A program made the position numbers and the translations under genes. Positions 1 through 11,199 of a DNA stretch of 36,381 bases are shown here, one piece after another (positions within the stretch are counted from its first letter, which is position 1; every line of letters begins with the position of its first letter). A model generated the notes under the pieces. The model ran no database searches. It was not told where the DNA came from and saw nothing but the letters and a program-made list of their open reading frames with translations. The DNA is from Nemertoderma westbladi (Eukaryota > Animalia > Xenacoelomorpha). The stretch is taken from NCBI GenBank assembly GCA_032718475.1, contig JAUCBJ010007112.1, forward strand, positions 1 through 36,381, given 5' to 3'.

Positions 1-1396
1 TATGAGGGAGGTGAATACCGCGGCCGCTCCTAAAGCCGCAGGCCATCGCTAACTATATAGGTTAACTTGGGATTCTGGGGGACTTTTCGATGAAGGAACT
101 GACCAAATTTTTTTATTTTCTCACCAGGGGAGCGGCTCGGAATTCTAAGATATTAGCAACTCTAACATTATTAAATCTAACCCTTCGACGGACACGGCGG
201 ACAAAAAACCGTCATTTTTTCGACAATTTTAAAATTTTTTTGAAAGGCGCTCTACAGTGGCTCGAAAAAACCCTAGGTTATTGCTTAGCCGACGCCGGGA
301 TACGATAGAAGGGATTAATTAGTGAATTCGTTTTTTTTTTCAAAAAAGATTACCACGCCTTTTTTCCGAAAATGTCCGCCAAAGTTGAAAAAACGGACAA
401 AATGACTTTGCGGGATCCGCTATAACTCGGCTAATATTAATCGTACGGGGACGAAAGTAACGCGGTTGGAAAGGGGAAGAGTGGTACAACCTTCGTATCG
501 AATGGGGGTAAGATATTTATTAAAATTTCGGGTGGAAAAAGGGGCTGTAAATTTGTACGTTTTTGTCCGTCTTTTTTGGAAAACTTATTTCCGAAATGTT
601 TAATTCGACAACGCGGGTAGGAATCCACTAATTCTTTTATGAAACTCGTAGAAGACCATTGGGGCTACGTTCCTATCGAATGGGGGTACAAAAAATATGT
701 CGGCAATAGGGGCCAAAAAGGGCCAGAATTTGTAAAGTAGTTTTTATCGAATAATTTTTTATTTTTAACTTTAGTTGGTTAAGGTACATTCTATACAGTC
801 AATATCCATACGGGGAATTCAAATATGCTATCGGTTTTGCTCCAAGGATGATATTAAAAAAATGAGGGCCAAAATTATAATTTCGCGCTTCAAACTTGTT
901 TCGCGGGAAATCGTCTAGCTCGAAAACTACTTAACTACGGGAGATTTGTTTACACAGACTTATAGTGCGTTAAATTATCTATCTAACAGCGTTAATCACA
1001 GCGCCGGAGGTATTATAAAACTGGAGCGGCAGGCGATCGTGTGAAATATAATATTTATAAAAAGGGACGAAACATTTTTTTTTTAACAAATCGCTATTCC
1101 ATTATAATTTAGCGTATTGCGCCAAAAGTACCTGTAAAAAGTATCAAATTAACTCCGCTATCTTTTATCTTAACATATATAATTAAAATTACGAATTTTA
1201 AGGGTCGAAAAATATCGCGTTATTTTGGCCCTTTTTTTTAATTTTTTTGGGGCCAAAAATAACCCCTTCTCAAAAGATTAAGAAAAAAATTACGGCAAAG
1301 AATATACCAATTTTATTGAATTTGGACCACCAGAACCGAAGTTAGAGCGATTTTAGTGAAAAAATAAAAATATTTTTTTTTGCAAAAAAATAAGAA

Positions 1397-1470
1397 TGGT
1401 CAATATTGGATTTCGAACCCGCGAACTTCGGTTTCATTAACGTGATTGATAACCACTAGACTATGTGACC
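1397..1470 (-). pseudogene. Degenerate tRNA-derived sequence (pseudo-tRNA or SINE-head-like)
   Basis: Minus strand reads GGTCACA-TAGTCTAGTGG (A-box-like)...GGTTCGAAATCC (B-box-like)...TGACCA over 74 nt, with GGTCA/TGACC acceptor-stem pairing. No clean anticodon stem. Confidence 0.5.
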
Positions 1471-3303
1471 AAGAGAATTTGAAATTTTCGAGTGACTATT
1501 TTTAAACATCAATAACTTCGGTTCTACAGGGCCGTTTAATCTGAAACTTTTTTCATTGCATAGAGGATAGATTGTAGTGTGTGAAATAGGATAAAACTTG
1601 GGAAAAGACGCATGTGCACTAAGTGCAAAATGCACTTAAATAGTGAACATTTTTTCGATAGTTCAAACACTATTATTTCCAGTTCTATTCATCGTAGAAT
1701 GTTATTTTTTGGATTAAAATGTAGTTTGGAATGATTTCTAACTATAATCGTAACATTTGTTTAACTTTTTATGTCTATAAAGTGACTTAAAATGTCCATG
1801 AATATGGTCCAAAATCGCAAATATCGAGATTTATTAAATTGGATTTTTGACACTTTTAGCGACTGACACTTGATCATACACCATCGTAGATCGGTAGAGG
1901 ATAAACATAAGTTTGTTAAATAAGAGCCACCATTACGATCTGCTAAAGTGCACTTGTACAAATAAGTGTGCAAAAGTGCAAATTTTTTAATAAGGTCAAA
2001 TTATATAGTATTGGGTTCTTTTCTTTGCAGATACTTTATTTTCATATTAATATGTTGTTTAAACCTTACTGAGCACATTAGGGGATATGCGTACAAAAAT
2101 AACCGGCCCTTATGAGGCTTCGATTGGGTAAATTAATAAAACATAAGGTTGTATAGTATAATATTCTAAAAACCAGTGTGATATTAAATGCACTTTAAAT
2201 AATAAATAGAGATCAAATAACAAATGGACCACACAATTAAAAACTCGCACAATTTTGTACTTATGCAAATTGTATGTATTTAATTCCAAACATATGGAGT
2301 AAAATGAACAACATGGTTATTAAAAGTTTTACAAAATGAATAAAATAATATATAAAATATTGTGCTATTAAAAAGTTTTATTTGGTTGTGGGGGGGGGGG
2401 GGGGGGTCATTGGTTTAGGGTAAGGACCGCAAGAAACATCCCTGTACGGAGGCCCGAACTGGTTGCTGGGATACCCGGGCACATTGTATAGTGCTCCGAG
2501 CTGATTGCTGATTGGCCACACAATAAACAGCGACACTCCTCGATTGGGCGCCAACAGTTCCGAGTGGCACATAGTTTATTTTGTACTTATTATATCGCTT
2601 CAAATTAATTCAACAGTGGATATTTGGGGGAAGGGGGGAAGTTACAGTGTGCATTCGGGGGAAGTTTGGTGAACTGCATTTATGCAGTGAATCCAAACTT
2701 CCCCCTTTGATATATCATATACTTACGACATGCTAGGGTGACGGGGAAATAATTGTTACTGTCACACTTTGCATCCATTTATCCTATCCTTTATTATTAC
2801 CCCAGTCAGATAAGAGATAATAATCAGTAAAAACCAAACTAAACTGTCTTTCATGCAAACAAATTTCTAATTAAAGACGAGTGAATGACCATGACCATCG
2901 AAATAATTTTAAATATAATCGTATATCAACTATTTGGGGAGGCTTCCAAACCCGAAAACAATTATTTCGTTACATATAATATAGTAAATAACGTTGTATG
3001 TTCTTCTTCCTCTCATAATAAAATATATATATAATATCTCTGATCGCTGTGCCCTGAACATTTCACAACCAAAATGTTTCAGTGTGAAAAGTGTAGGCCT
3101 ACCACACCCCGCCCAAACAGCCGCAAACGCATAGCCAAAAAATTTATCAAAAGTTTACATACATGTTGTGTTCATGACGAGATGAGTGAAAATTGATCGC
3201 ATAATATAAAGGAAAAAATTGAGAGTCGGGCCTGGCTCTCCTCAACTTTCTTACCCAATGGATATGTTGTTGTTATAATCTAATATTGGGGCGGCTTTCT
3301 CTC

Positions 3304-4020
3304 GGAGGACGCCCATAACACTTCAAATGGTTCTGTGTCACCGTCAACAGTAGACACAAATGTTGTCGAACCATCGTATACTGATCTGATTGCTGCAATA
3401 ATTTCATCAGGAATCCCATATAATGAAAGTATGCTGAACATACGTGAGCGAGAGACTGAATCAAAGGCCTTGAAGAAGTCAACAAAGATAACAGCCAGAG
3501 GCCTGTCTTTCTTTTTTGATAATTCTTCAATTATCCTTCTAAGTGTCAAAATGGGCTCCATGGTCCCACGACCTTTACGGAACCCATTCTGATTTCCACG
3601 GAGCAGTCTCTCAATGGGATCCCTGATGCGATTTAATAGAATCCTATTGTATAGCTTTGCAGCAATCGAGATCAATGAGATTCCCCGAAAATAACCATAG
3701 AGTGTTAGGTTGCCCTTCTTGTGAACTGGCACCAACTTATTTGTTTTCATTTATTGTGGGACTCTTGTTGTTCGGTACATGTCTACTACGATGGGATATA
3801 TGAGCTTTAAACACTCAGGTATTTTAAAGACCTCAGGGGGAACACCATCTACTCCACTGGCATGATTGGTCTTAATGCTCTTTGCAGCAGCCTTAACTTC
3901 TGCAAAGGTGATATCGCCAATGGGAATATCTGGGAGTACAGACTCAGACACGTTTACTTCTATAAAGTTATCAGGCAATACCCTGTCATTATTGAAGAGC
4001 TTTTCAAAGTGGGCTTCCAA
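3304..4020 (-). pseudogene. N-terminal reverse transcriptase region of the RTE LINE
   Basis: ASGVDGVPPE, VPVHKKG..RGISL, QNGFRKGR, FVDFFKAFDSV. In-frame stop at 3751-3753; YADD region absent. Confidence 0.9.
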
Positions 4021-4162
4021 CCATTGAGGCGATCGGCTGGTGATTCAGCCTTAACCTTGGTGGTTGGTTCGCTTTTCCGCCCAGTAAGCAAATTGATCAA
4101 TTTTCATGCCTGGGATGATTACCTGCTGTCGTCAGCATCATTGATGGCATCAACCTGTTGGT

Positions 4163-5450
4163 TTATTTTATTAGCTCCTGTAGATTAACAGAGTACTGCC
4201 TGTTCAGAGACCTAGATGCACCCTTAACTACATTCTTGGCCGCTGCAGTCTGTTTGAGTCGGGACTCTTTCTGCGCCTTATGAAGATCATTTCGGCACTT
4301 CTGAATTTTGTTGTCAGTCCAGGGGGCCCTTTTCCTGTTTCGAGGGTATACAGGAACTGTTTCTGCAGCTGCTAACTTAACTGCTTCTGTAAAGGCAGTA
4401 TAGCCCTCACAGTGATCTGCCGCCTCAGAGGCAAGAGCCTCATACCTGTTGCTCAGCTGTAGTGTGAAGCTGAATCTCACACTTGGCTGTTGCAACAGAG
4501 AGGACCAGTCATGCCGCGGCAAGGCAGATTTCGTTGTTCTGCTAGCACGCAGACTAAGTCTTACCTTGGCCACAATAAGGCAGTGATCACTGGAGAAGGG
4601 TCGAAGTGTAAATGCATTACAGTCTTGTATAGAGCTCCTGTATTTCCTACGAAACAGAATATGGTCTATCTGGGACTTGTGACCACTGGGTCCACTATGA
4701 GTCCATAGCTTTCTAGTTCGCTTCTTGAACTGGGTTCCAGCCGAAAACAATCCATTTCCAGAGATAAAATCCTGAAGATGGACAGAATTTCGGTTAACAC
4801 TTATGGCTATAGGCTATAGGTGATTGATGCAGACTTGCATTAAAGTCTCCCAGGAATGTTAAGAATGCATGCTGATCCACTCCATCAGTAGCTGCTTGTA
4901 GATTGTGGTAGAAATTTTCCACCTCCTCTACAGGGGCAACACTAGTTGGAGAGTAGCACACAATCAGAACCACGTTAGGAAACTTCTTAGCCAGTCTTCC
5001 AGAACATGAGAAGTGGCAACGGATGATGCGGTTCGAGATTTGGTCTATTTTGTACAATGCTGCATGTGCAGTTGGATTTATCAATAGACCAATTCCACCA
5101 TTGCCGCTATCATCTGCTGACGCGAGGGCAAGTCGCCAACCGCCCCCCATGTCCTTAATCAGAACCTCATCAGTCTGTCCAGTCTGCATTCGGTGCACTT
5201 GTACACCCACTGCGCTAAGAGAAAGCTTATCTGCCAAGGCAGTCAGCTCACCTTGTCGCATTGGGGACCCGAGTGTTAGGGTGTTTACTGAGGCTAGTCT
5301 AGTGACTTGCATCAGATTCACGAATGGCTTTGTTGGTCGGGGTGGAACATGAGAGTAGCCTCCAACTACAGAATCCCTCTCCCCATCACAATCTGGCCTC
5401 CCTGGTGACCCAGGGTTTGGGCCAGAAAGGTCATCAGGAAAGGGACTCAA
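4163..5450 (-). pseudogene. APE endonuclease region of the RTE LINE ORF (frameshifted)
   Basis: GIGLLI, ISNRII, VCYSPT and GDFNA in 4794-5450; WTH..SQIDHIL and SDHCLI in 4163-4750. Confidence 0.85.
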
Positions 5451-5703
5451 AGAATTGTTGGCTTCTCTCTCTCCAATAGGGGGTGAGACAGGCAGCCGGT
5501 CAGGAGTTAACTGATGCCTGTGAGAGTAGTAGATAAAGCATAGTCCTCACGATAGTCCTCCCTAAGCCTGGGCTATGCACATTCCATTGAGAGGGGTATT
5601 AAAAATGTCAAATTCCGGTGCTAAATTGCGATGCGCGCGCCATATGTCACCATCGGCAGTTGCCATCAACCAATCGTAGCGTAGCCTAACCCCGCGATGT
5701 CCA

Positions 5704-5936
5704 ATATTATATTATATCGATTGCCAACTCAACGATTTACCCTCCGCTAGCTAGTGCTACTCCTCGACGGCACCACCACCACCACCGCTGCATACTGTAT
5801 ATGATGATGAGAACAACGACGTGGCCATCTACACGCATCGTGCATATACCCTCCCTCGATATTATATATTATATTATATCGATTGCCAACTCCACGATTT
5901 ACTCTCCGCTAGCTAGCGCTGCTACTCCTCGACGGC
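5704..5936. repeat. Direct repeat, two copies of about 70 bp (5704-5771, 5866-5936)
   Basis: atattatattatatcgattgccaactc..acgatttac.ctccgctagctag..tgctactcctcgacggc occurs twice with few differences. Confidence 0.85.
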
Positions 5937-6350
5937 TGTCACCAAACCAACAAACCAACCAACCAACCTACCAGTATGATACATGAAATTCTGCCACGCG
6001 TCAACTACACGTTCTCGTATTTCCATAGTAGTTACTCAAGCTAACCATTTCCTCAGCATCTGTGACATATTGAAAGGCTACTACTACTAACATTATACTG
6101 TGCGTTTTTTATTATAATTATTGATTATTATTACACACAACCCAATGATTCATATTCTTTCGCATATTTCCTATCCACGCAACCAATCATCCACATTGCA
6201 ACCCATCTCTTTTCTTATTCGTTCATTATGCCACATCCCACTCTTCTACGTTGACTATGCCACATCCACATCCCCACGTATTCAGAAATTTATATATAAC
6301 TGTAGGTTTTTAATAAAATTCATCACTTGTAATCTTCATGGTAATATATT

Positions 6351-7985
6351 TTTTTATTTATTTCTTTATTCCATCGGGCCGAAACCCATTGTACATAGGC
6401 CTACCTACAATATGCACGATATACATACAAAAATCAACACAACACAATAAATTGCACAATTGATTATTACTGGGTTATGTACCCAAAACTCGTTTCCATC
6501 TATCAATAATGACAGAATCATCTTTCGTAACTAGATAACAAGCTGCTACAATTCGATTATTTGACTTGGTTACACGATTATACATAGAATACATGTTACT
6601 ACGTAACACCGATTTAAATGTATTTACTCTGTTAGCGACAAAAAATGTGTCGGCATCCTCAGTTCGGCCATATTTAAATAGTAACCTAAACGCAGTATTA
6701 TTTGCAACCTTCAGCTTGCGCTGACATTCTACTCGAAAAATAGACCAAAGTGCACAACAATATATATTATAACAAAAAGCCTTAAAAAGCACCACTTTTA
6801 CAGATTTCGAACATACTGAAAAATGCCGAGCTAACTGGTTACCACGACAATATATGCCACTTCTCAGACGCATCATGTCTGGTTCGTCTGACAAGTCACA
6901 AGATATTGTGTGTCCCAAGTACTGCACCTGCCGAACACACTCTAATGGCTTACCATTAAGAAATACATCTCCTGCACGTCCAAATTTATATGGTAAGAAA
7001 TACATGCAGTTAGATTTAGAAGGATTAAATAGGATATCAAATTCCAAACCGTACTGTTCACATATCTTAACCAATGCTCTTAGCCCAAAGATACTGGGAG
7101 ACAATAAACACAGATCATCGGCATAAAACAAATGATTTAACAATAACGTACCTAACCGACAACCAACGTTAATATTATTAAGACGCACACTCAATTCATT
7201 AACATAAATATTAAACAATAACGGGGATATTAGGCTCCCCTGCCTCACACCATTTGAAACATAAAAACTATCAGACACTGAAGAACCCCAAGACACCGTA
7301 ATAGATTGTCTACTATACCAATAACTTAACAACCTAACTATTCCAATTGGAACTTTCATATCAATTAGTTTACGAAATAACTTAAAATGCGAAACACGAT
7401 CAAATGCTTTTGAAGCATCCAGAAAGGCAGAGTACACGGGTGAGTCTTTAGAGATATACAATTGCACAGTTTGTTTCAAAGTGAAAATGCATAAATCCGT
7501 ACCCAAACCCGTACTAAAACCAAACTGATTATCTTCTATAGACGCACAGCGAGATATAGTGTCAAAGAAACAGGATTCAGTAACCTTAGAACCACTATTA
7601 GCTGATGCTACGGGTCTATAGTTAGAATCATCGTTCAGACTACTATTCTTATCTTTTAGCACCGGAGATATACATAAACTCATAAATGAATCAGGTAGAT
7701 AACCATGAGCAATAAAGCTATTAATCAACAGGGATACGAGTACTGTTAATTTATTACTCCCAAATATATAACTCTCTGGAAAAATATTATCAGGCCCTGC
7801 AGCCTTCCCTATTTTTAAACCTTTAATAACGGAAGTTACATCACTAACGGAAATATGTACTCTATCTGAGCCATCCCATTTATCAAAAACGTCCTTAACA
7901 AAATCAATGTCATCTTTATTCGACGGCACAGAATTAAAAATAGTTTCATATTTACATTTAAACAAATCAGCAATATCATCAGAGT
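6351..7985 (-). mobile_element. 5'-truncated RTE-X-like LINE
   Basis: RT ORF, short 3' UTR and an AATAAA/A-rich tail ending near 6351. Candidate TSD TATATT at 6345-6350 and 7986-7991. The clade call rests on motif recognition only. Confidence 0.85.
6475..7965 (-). CDS. Non-LTR reverse transcriptase, N-terminally truncated, uninterrupted 496 aa
   Basis: KAAGPD, NYRPV, QFGF, FLDASKAFDRV, GVRQGSLISPLLFNIY, FYADDL, YLG. Confidence 0.93.
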   Translation of the reverse strand: MFKCKYETIFNSVPSNKDDIDFVKDVFDKWDGSDRVHISVSDVTSVIKGLKIGKAAGPDNIFPESYIFGSNKLTVLVSLLINSFIAHGYLPDSFMSLCISPVLKDKNSSLNDDSNYRPVASANSGSKVTESCFFDTISRCASIEDNQFGFSTGLGTDLCIFTLKQTVQLYISKDSPVYSAFLDASKAFDRVSHFKLFRKLIDMKVPIGIVRLLSYWYSRQSITVSWGSSVSDSFYVSNGVRQGSLISPLLFNIYVNELSVRLNNINVGCRLGTLLLNHLFYADDLCLLSPSIFGLRALVKICEQYGLEFDILFNPSKSNCMYFLPYKFGRAGDVFLNGKPLECVRQVQYLGHTISCDLSDEPDMMRLRSGIYCRGNQLARHFSVCSKSVKVVLFKAFCYNIYCCALWSIFRVECQRKLKVANNTAFRLLFKYGRTEDADTFFVANRVNTFKSVLRSNMYSMYNRVTKSNNRIVAACYLVTKDDSVIIDRWKRVLGT

Positions 7986-8033
7986 TATATTGATACCATA
8001 TCTAATTTTTTTTGGTCTCACTCTGAAATTGTG

Positions 8034-8228
8034 TTATTTCCTTAATAATTTCTTCATTATCTTACTCGTTGTATATTCGTTGGTCGGAAACACTCGAATA
8101 AATGATACTGATTCCCACATTGGGTTTCTAAACGTAATTATGTAACTCAAAGGAAATCTCGTTTGGATGTGAGGTTGAATTTTTAGTATCGATGAATGAA
8201 TTCCCGATAAGGATTTGTTATAAATCAT
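8034..8228 (-). CDS. Hypothetical small ORF, divergent from 8434
   Basis: 64-aa ATG ORF next to the inverted repeat; no recognisable motif. Confidence 0.2.
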   Translation of the reverse strand: MIYNKSLSGIHSSILKIQPHIQTRFPLSYIITFRNPMWESVSFIRVFPTNEYTTSKIMKKLLRK

Positions 8229-8231
8229 GAA

Positions 8232-8336
8232 ATATATAATTGGTCAGAAACTCACACAAGAGAGAAGATGATACTTAATGATGTAGATAAGTTAAGTATC
8301 ATCCTCTCTTGTGTAAGTTTCTGACCACTTATATAT
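8232..8336. repeat. Imperfect inverted repeat (arms 8232-8278 and 8292-8336, 13-nt spacer)
   Basis: atatataattggtcagaaactcacacaagagagaagatgatacttaa versus the reverse complement of the right arm, atatataagtggtcagaaacttacacaagagaggatgatacttaa. Confidence 0.9.
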
Positions 8337-8433
8337 ACACAATTTTAGAGTGAGAACTATGGTGTCAATTTATTACAGCGATACGGTTTAAAATTTATCA
8401 CTTGTAATATTTTTCGTATTTATTATTATTATT

Positions 8434-8850
8434 ATGGCCTTAACGCAAAAAACCGGAGCAACAAATAGCTGGAAATTTACTTACAATAAATATACTTGTA
8501 CCGTCGTTCACAGCAAGTATTTTATTGTGGAATCTCAGGAGGACAACGAATCAATTTGTTTTTCCCATCAAGATACCCGCTATTTGTTAGACATTCTAGA
8601 AACAACCAACAACAACCAACATCAATCCAGACCAGCAATTATACCAGGTAGGATATATCCCACTCTTCGTTTTGCGCGGGGAAATTTGAATATTTCCATC
8701 AACCCCACATCGGGTGATGTTTACGTTCAGAAACAAGGCAAATGTAAAGTTCTCAACAAAGCTTTTACTGAAGTTCTAATTCAATACAGAGGGAAATTAT
8801 TGCAATTTCTCTCTCCACCGCTAGAGATTATTTCACTCGCTAGCATATAA
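8434..8850 (+). CDS. Hypothetical 138-aa Polinton accessory protein
   Basis: ATG-to-stop ORF with globular composition in AT-rich DNA, about 100 bp upstream of pPolB and on the same strand. Confidence 0.6.
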   Translation: MALTQKTGATNSWKFTYNKYTCTVVHSKYFIVESQEDNESICFSHQDTRYLLDILETTNNNQHQSRPAIIPGRIYPTLRFARGNLNISINPTSGDVYVQKQGKCKVLNKAFTEVLIQYRGKLLQFLSPPLEIISLASI

Positions 8851-8947
8851 ATGATTAGATATAGTCAATAACATTTCATTTCATTTTATTTTAATCTTTG
8901 GAGATATTTTATTATTATTATTATTATTTATCTAAACAAACTTCAAC

Positions 8948-9685
8948 ATGGATAAAATAAAAATATGTTGTTCATTCTGTCATATGAATGTAACTAGACA
9001 TAATTACTTACGCCACCTACGGTCACATTTTGAAGGTTATTCTTGTTTTAAGTGTCATGTCATGACTTCATGCAGCGAAATTTGTAAACGACATGAATCA
9101 ACTACTGGTTGTAAAGAAATGGAGTTCCGCACCTATCAATTGACTTGTTCTACCTGTAAAAAAAAGAGTATACATATGACAATTATCTACGACACGATTG
9201 TCACTTGAAATGTTACTACACAAGAAAGCGTAAATCTCTGCAACATAAAAATATATTATCTAGAAAAAACTTAAGGGTGGCTCTTGGTACATGCGCAACA
9301 ATTTTTACGCGGGAACAAGAAGCTCACGATAATCGTCTTGAAATTTATGTCCACGACCTCCCAACTTCTAGAGATTATCCCGATGTAGAAACAGCATTAA
9401 CGCAAATTCGAGGTAATATTCTTCAGTTAATATTAGACAGATTGAAAGAAATGAATGTTCTTAGACTGTGGTTAGGTCTAAATGTATTAATGTACAGATC
9501 ACATTTTTCAGAAGGTGAGCAATTGGAAACCTTTTATTTTAATTCTTCCGGTGGTGCTATTAATACTGTAGATTTATCACAAAGTTTTGACACATGGTTT
9601 GAGTATGTGGTGGGAAATATATTACAAAAAATAGCCATGTTTAACACACGTGGCTCCGGGTGGCGTATTAAATCTTTATTAAGGG
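8948..9685 (+). pseudogene. pPolB-A 5' part (Zn-finger region to GSGW motif)
   Basis: CxxC-x9-YLRHLRSH finger; frameshift in the A8 run at 9158-9165; ends NTRGSGWRIKSLLR at the LTR insertion. Collinear with the pPolB-B N-terminus. Confidence 0.85.
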
Positions 9686-10913
9686 TGTAAAAGCTTTTAC
9701 TGAATTGTCCGGTTATTTTTCCTTATTTTTCCCGTAAAGTACTCTGTAGTTGGTTTACCAGGCATAAAAAGGCCGTGTCCTTGCTGTACTGGTGTTTTAG
9801 CGGACATAAAAGCTATTTCTTCTGTATTTGTACTTTAGAGGACATAATCCGTAATTCCGTGACGTAAAAGCTCGATACTCTTGAAAACAGTGTCGCTACC
9901 ATGACGACGGCTAGCAGCTGATATTGCCACGTCGACGTTTCTTTGTTTCTCTGTTCTCTCGTTGTTCATGTTGACCAATCAGAGCGTTTGTGATCTCTGT
10001 GTTGGAGGTATATACAGAAACTCAGTAGTTCAGTGTTATGTTTTTGTCCAGAGCCTAAGAACCGGCTTTGGCACCTCCGTGTTTTAGTTTTTAGTCTTAC
10101 ACTAGTAGGTTTAATTATAAAGGGCATATATCCTTTAACGCACCTACCTGACTCATGGAATCACTGCATACTGATGACTGATGTCTGCATACTGCAGTAC
10201 TGCATACACTGCATACTGTGTAACATTGTGCATACCTTTATATTGTTATACTGCTATTTACCGTCAGTTCTTCATAATATGGTTGATGAATAATTATATT
10301 TGGAATAACGATAAACAACCCCGAAACCCAATGTTCTTGATATACCGAAGGTAAGAGAGAAGGGTTACAGATAAACGATTGTGACTTATGTTAAAGTGGT
10401 TTGAAGTGAATCTAATGTTATTTGATAGACCCTACATGAGCCAGTCTGTGTTCCTTTTATATGTGACTAAAATCAGTGAAGATCGGCAGATAAGTGTGCA
10501 GTATTGTGCAGCATTGTGTATGAGTGAGTCTGTTAAAGAAGCATTCCTAAAGAATGCGCCATATATGTGAATTATAATTAAGCCATATCGTTGTGAGTGG
10601 TTTAAGTCATAACTCTGTTTATATAGATAAAGCGCCACGTCCTAAAGGAACTGTTAATATTCCCGAAGGTGAATAATATTGTCAGAGATTATATAATACT
10701 GTCAGTCGAATAATACATTAGGCTTACATAGCAATAAAATTAAACCGTCGAACCCAATCTCCCGGGAATTTCCAGCGGGTGAATGGTCGCGCACGGATTG
10801 GTTTCGACTAGTGTAGTGAATCAAATACTTGTCATAGACTAAAAACTGATTTAATATCTAGAAGACATCTTAATTTGGTGGGTTAAACTGCCAAAGGTCT
10901 GAAAGCGCGAACA
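9686..10913 (+). repeat. 5' LTR of BEL element 1
   Basis: TGTAAAAGC...GCGAACA. CCAAT at 9975, TATA-like at 10009, TCAGT at 10022 and 10030, AATAAA at 10733. No difference from the 3' LTR noticed. Confidence 0.96.
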
Positions 10914-10980
10914 TTAAAGGATATAGCTTCTTTGTTGCAGTAAGCAATAAAGTTGAAAGTACCGGTCAACCGGTAAACCT

Positions 10981-11110
10981 GAACCGGTACATCTGTAGGT
11001 CAGTAGGCTCAACCGTTAGAACCGGTACATCTGTAGGTCAGTAGGCCCTACTGCTAGAACCGGTACTTCTGTAGGTCCATAGGCCTAGCTGTCCTAACCG
11101 GTACTTCCGT
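10981..11110. repeat. 38-bp tandem repeat, about 4 copies
   Basis: aaccggtac(a/t)tctgtaggtc..taggc units starting at 10981, 11019, 11057 and 11095. Confidence 0.85.
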
Positions 11111-11199
11111 ATAAGTACACTAGTATTATTCGATTTGATTATTGCATACCGGTAGGCTGTTTAAGGGATTAGGGATTGATCACCCCTTATACCTTTATA

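Larger units (their letters stand above)
3304..5595 (-). mobile_element. RTE-clade LINE, degenerate and missing its 3' half; 5' boundary approximate
   Basis: Collinear APE endonuclease and RT fragments in four ORFs. Homology stops at 'G V L' of the GVLQGD RT motif near 3304. Confidence 0.85.

Noticed and set aside
2390-2406. Poly-G run with G-quadruplex potential
   Set aside because: Simple homopolymer with no supporting context.
1-2490. Possible non-autonomous DNA transposon or Helitron-like element
   Set aside because: Repeat-like texture and short internal repeats, but no paired termini, TSD or coding motif could be identified.
6027-6040. AGTAGTTACT as the left terminus of Polinton A
   Set aside because: A six-base match with no partner TIR or TSD in the window; possible but unsupported.
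10171-10230. CTGATGA in LTR 1 suggested a hammerhead ribozyme (retrozyme)
   Set aside because: No stem II followed by GAAA; the region is an ACTGCAT micro-repeat.
10033-10638. Short ORFs inside the LTRs (also at 17505-18110, 25990-26319 and 32858-33178)
   Set aside because: Duplicated only because the LTRs are duplicated; no protein motifs.
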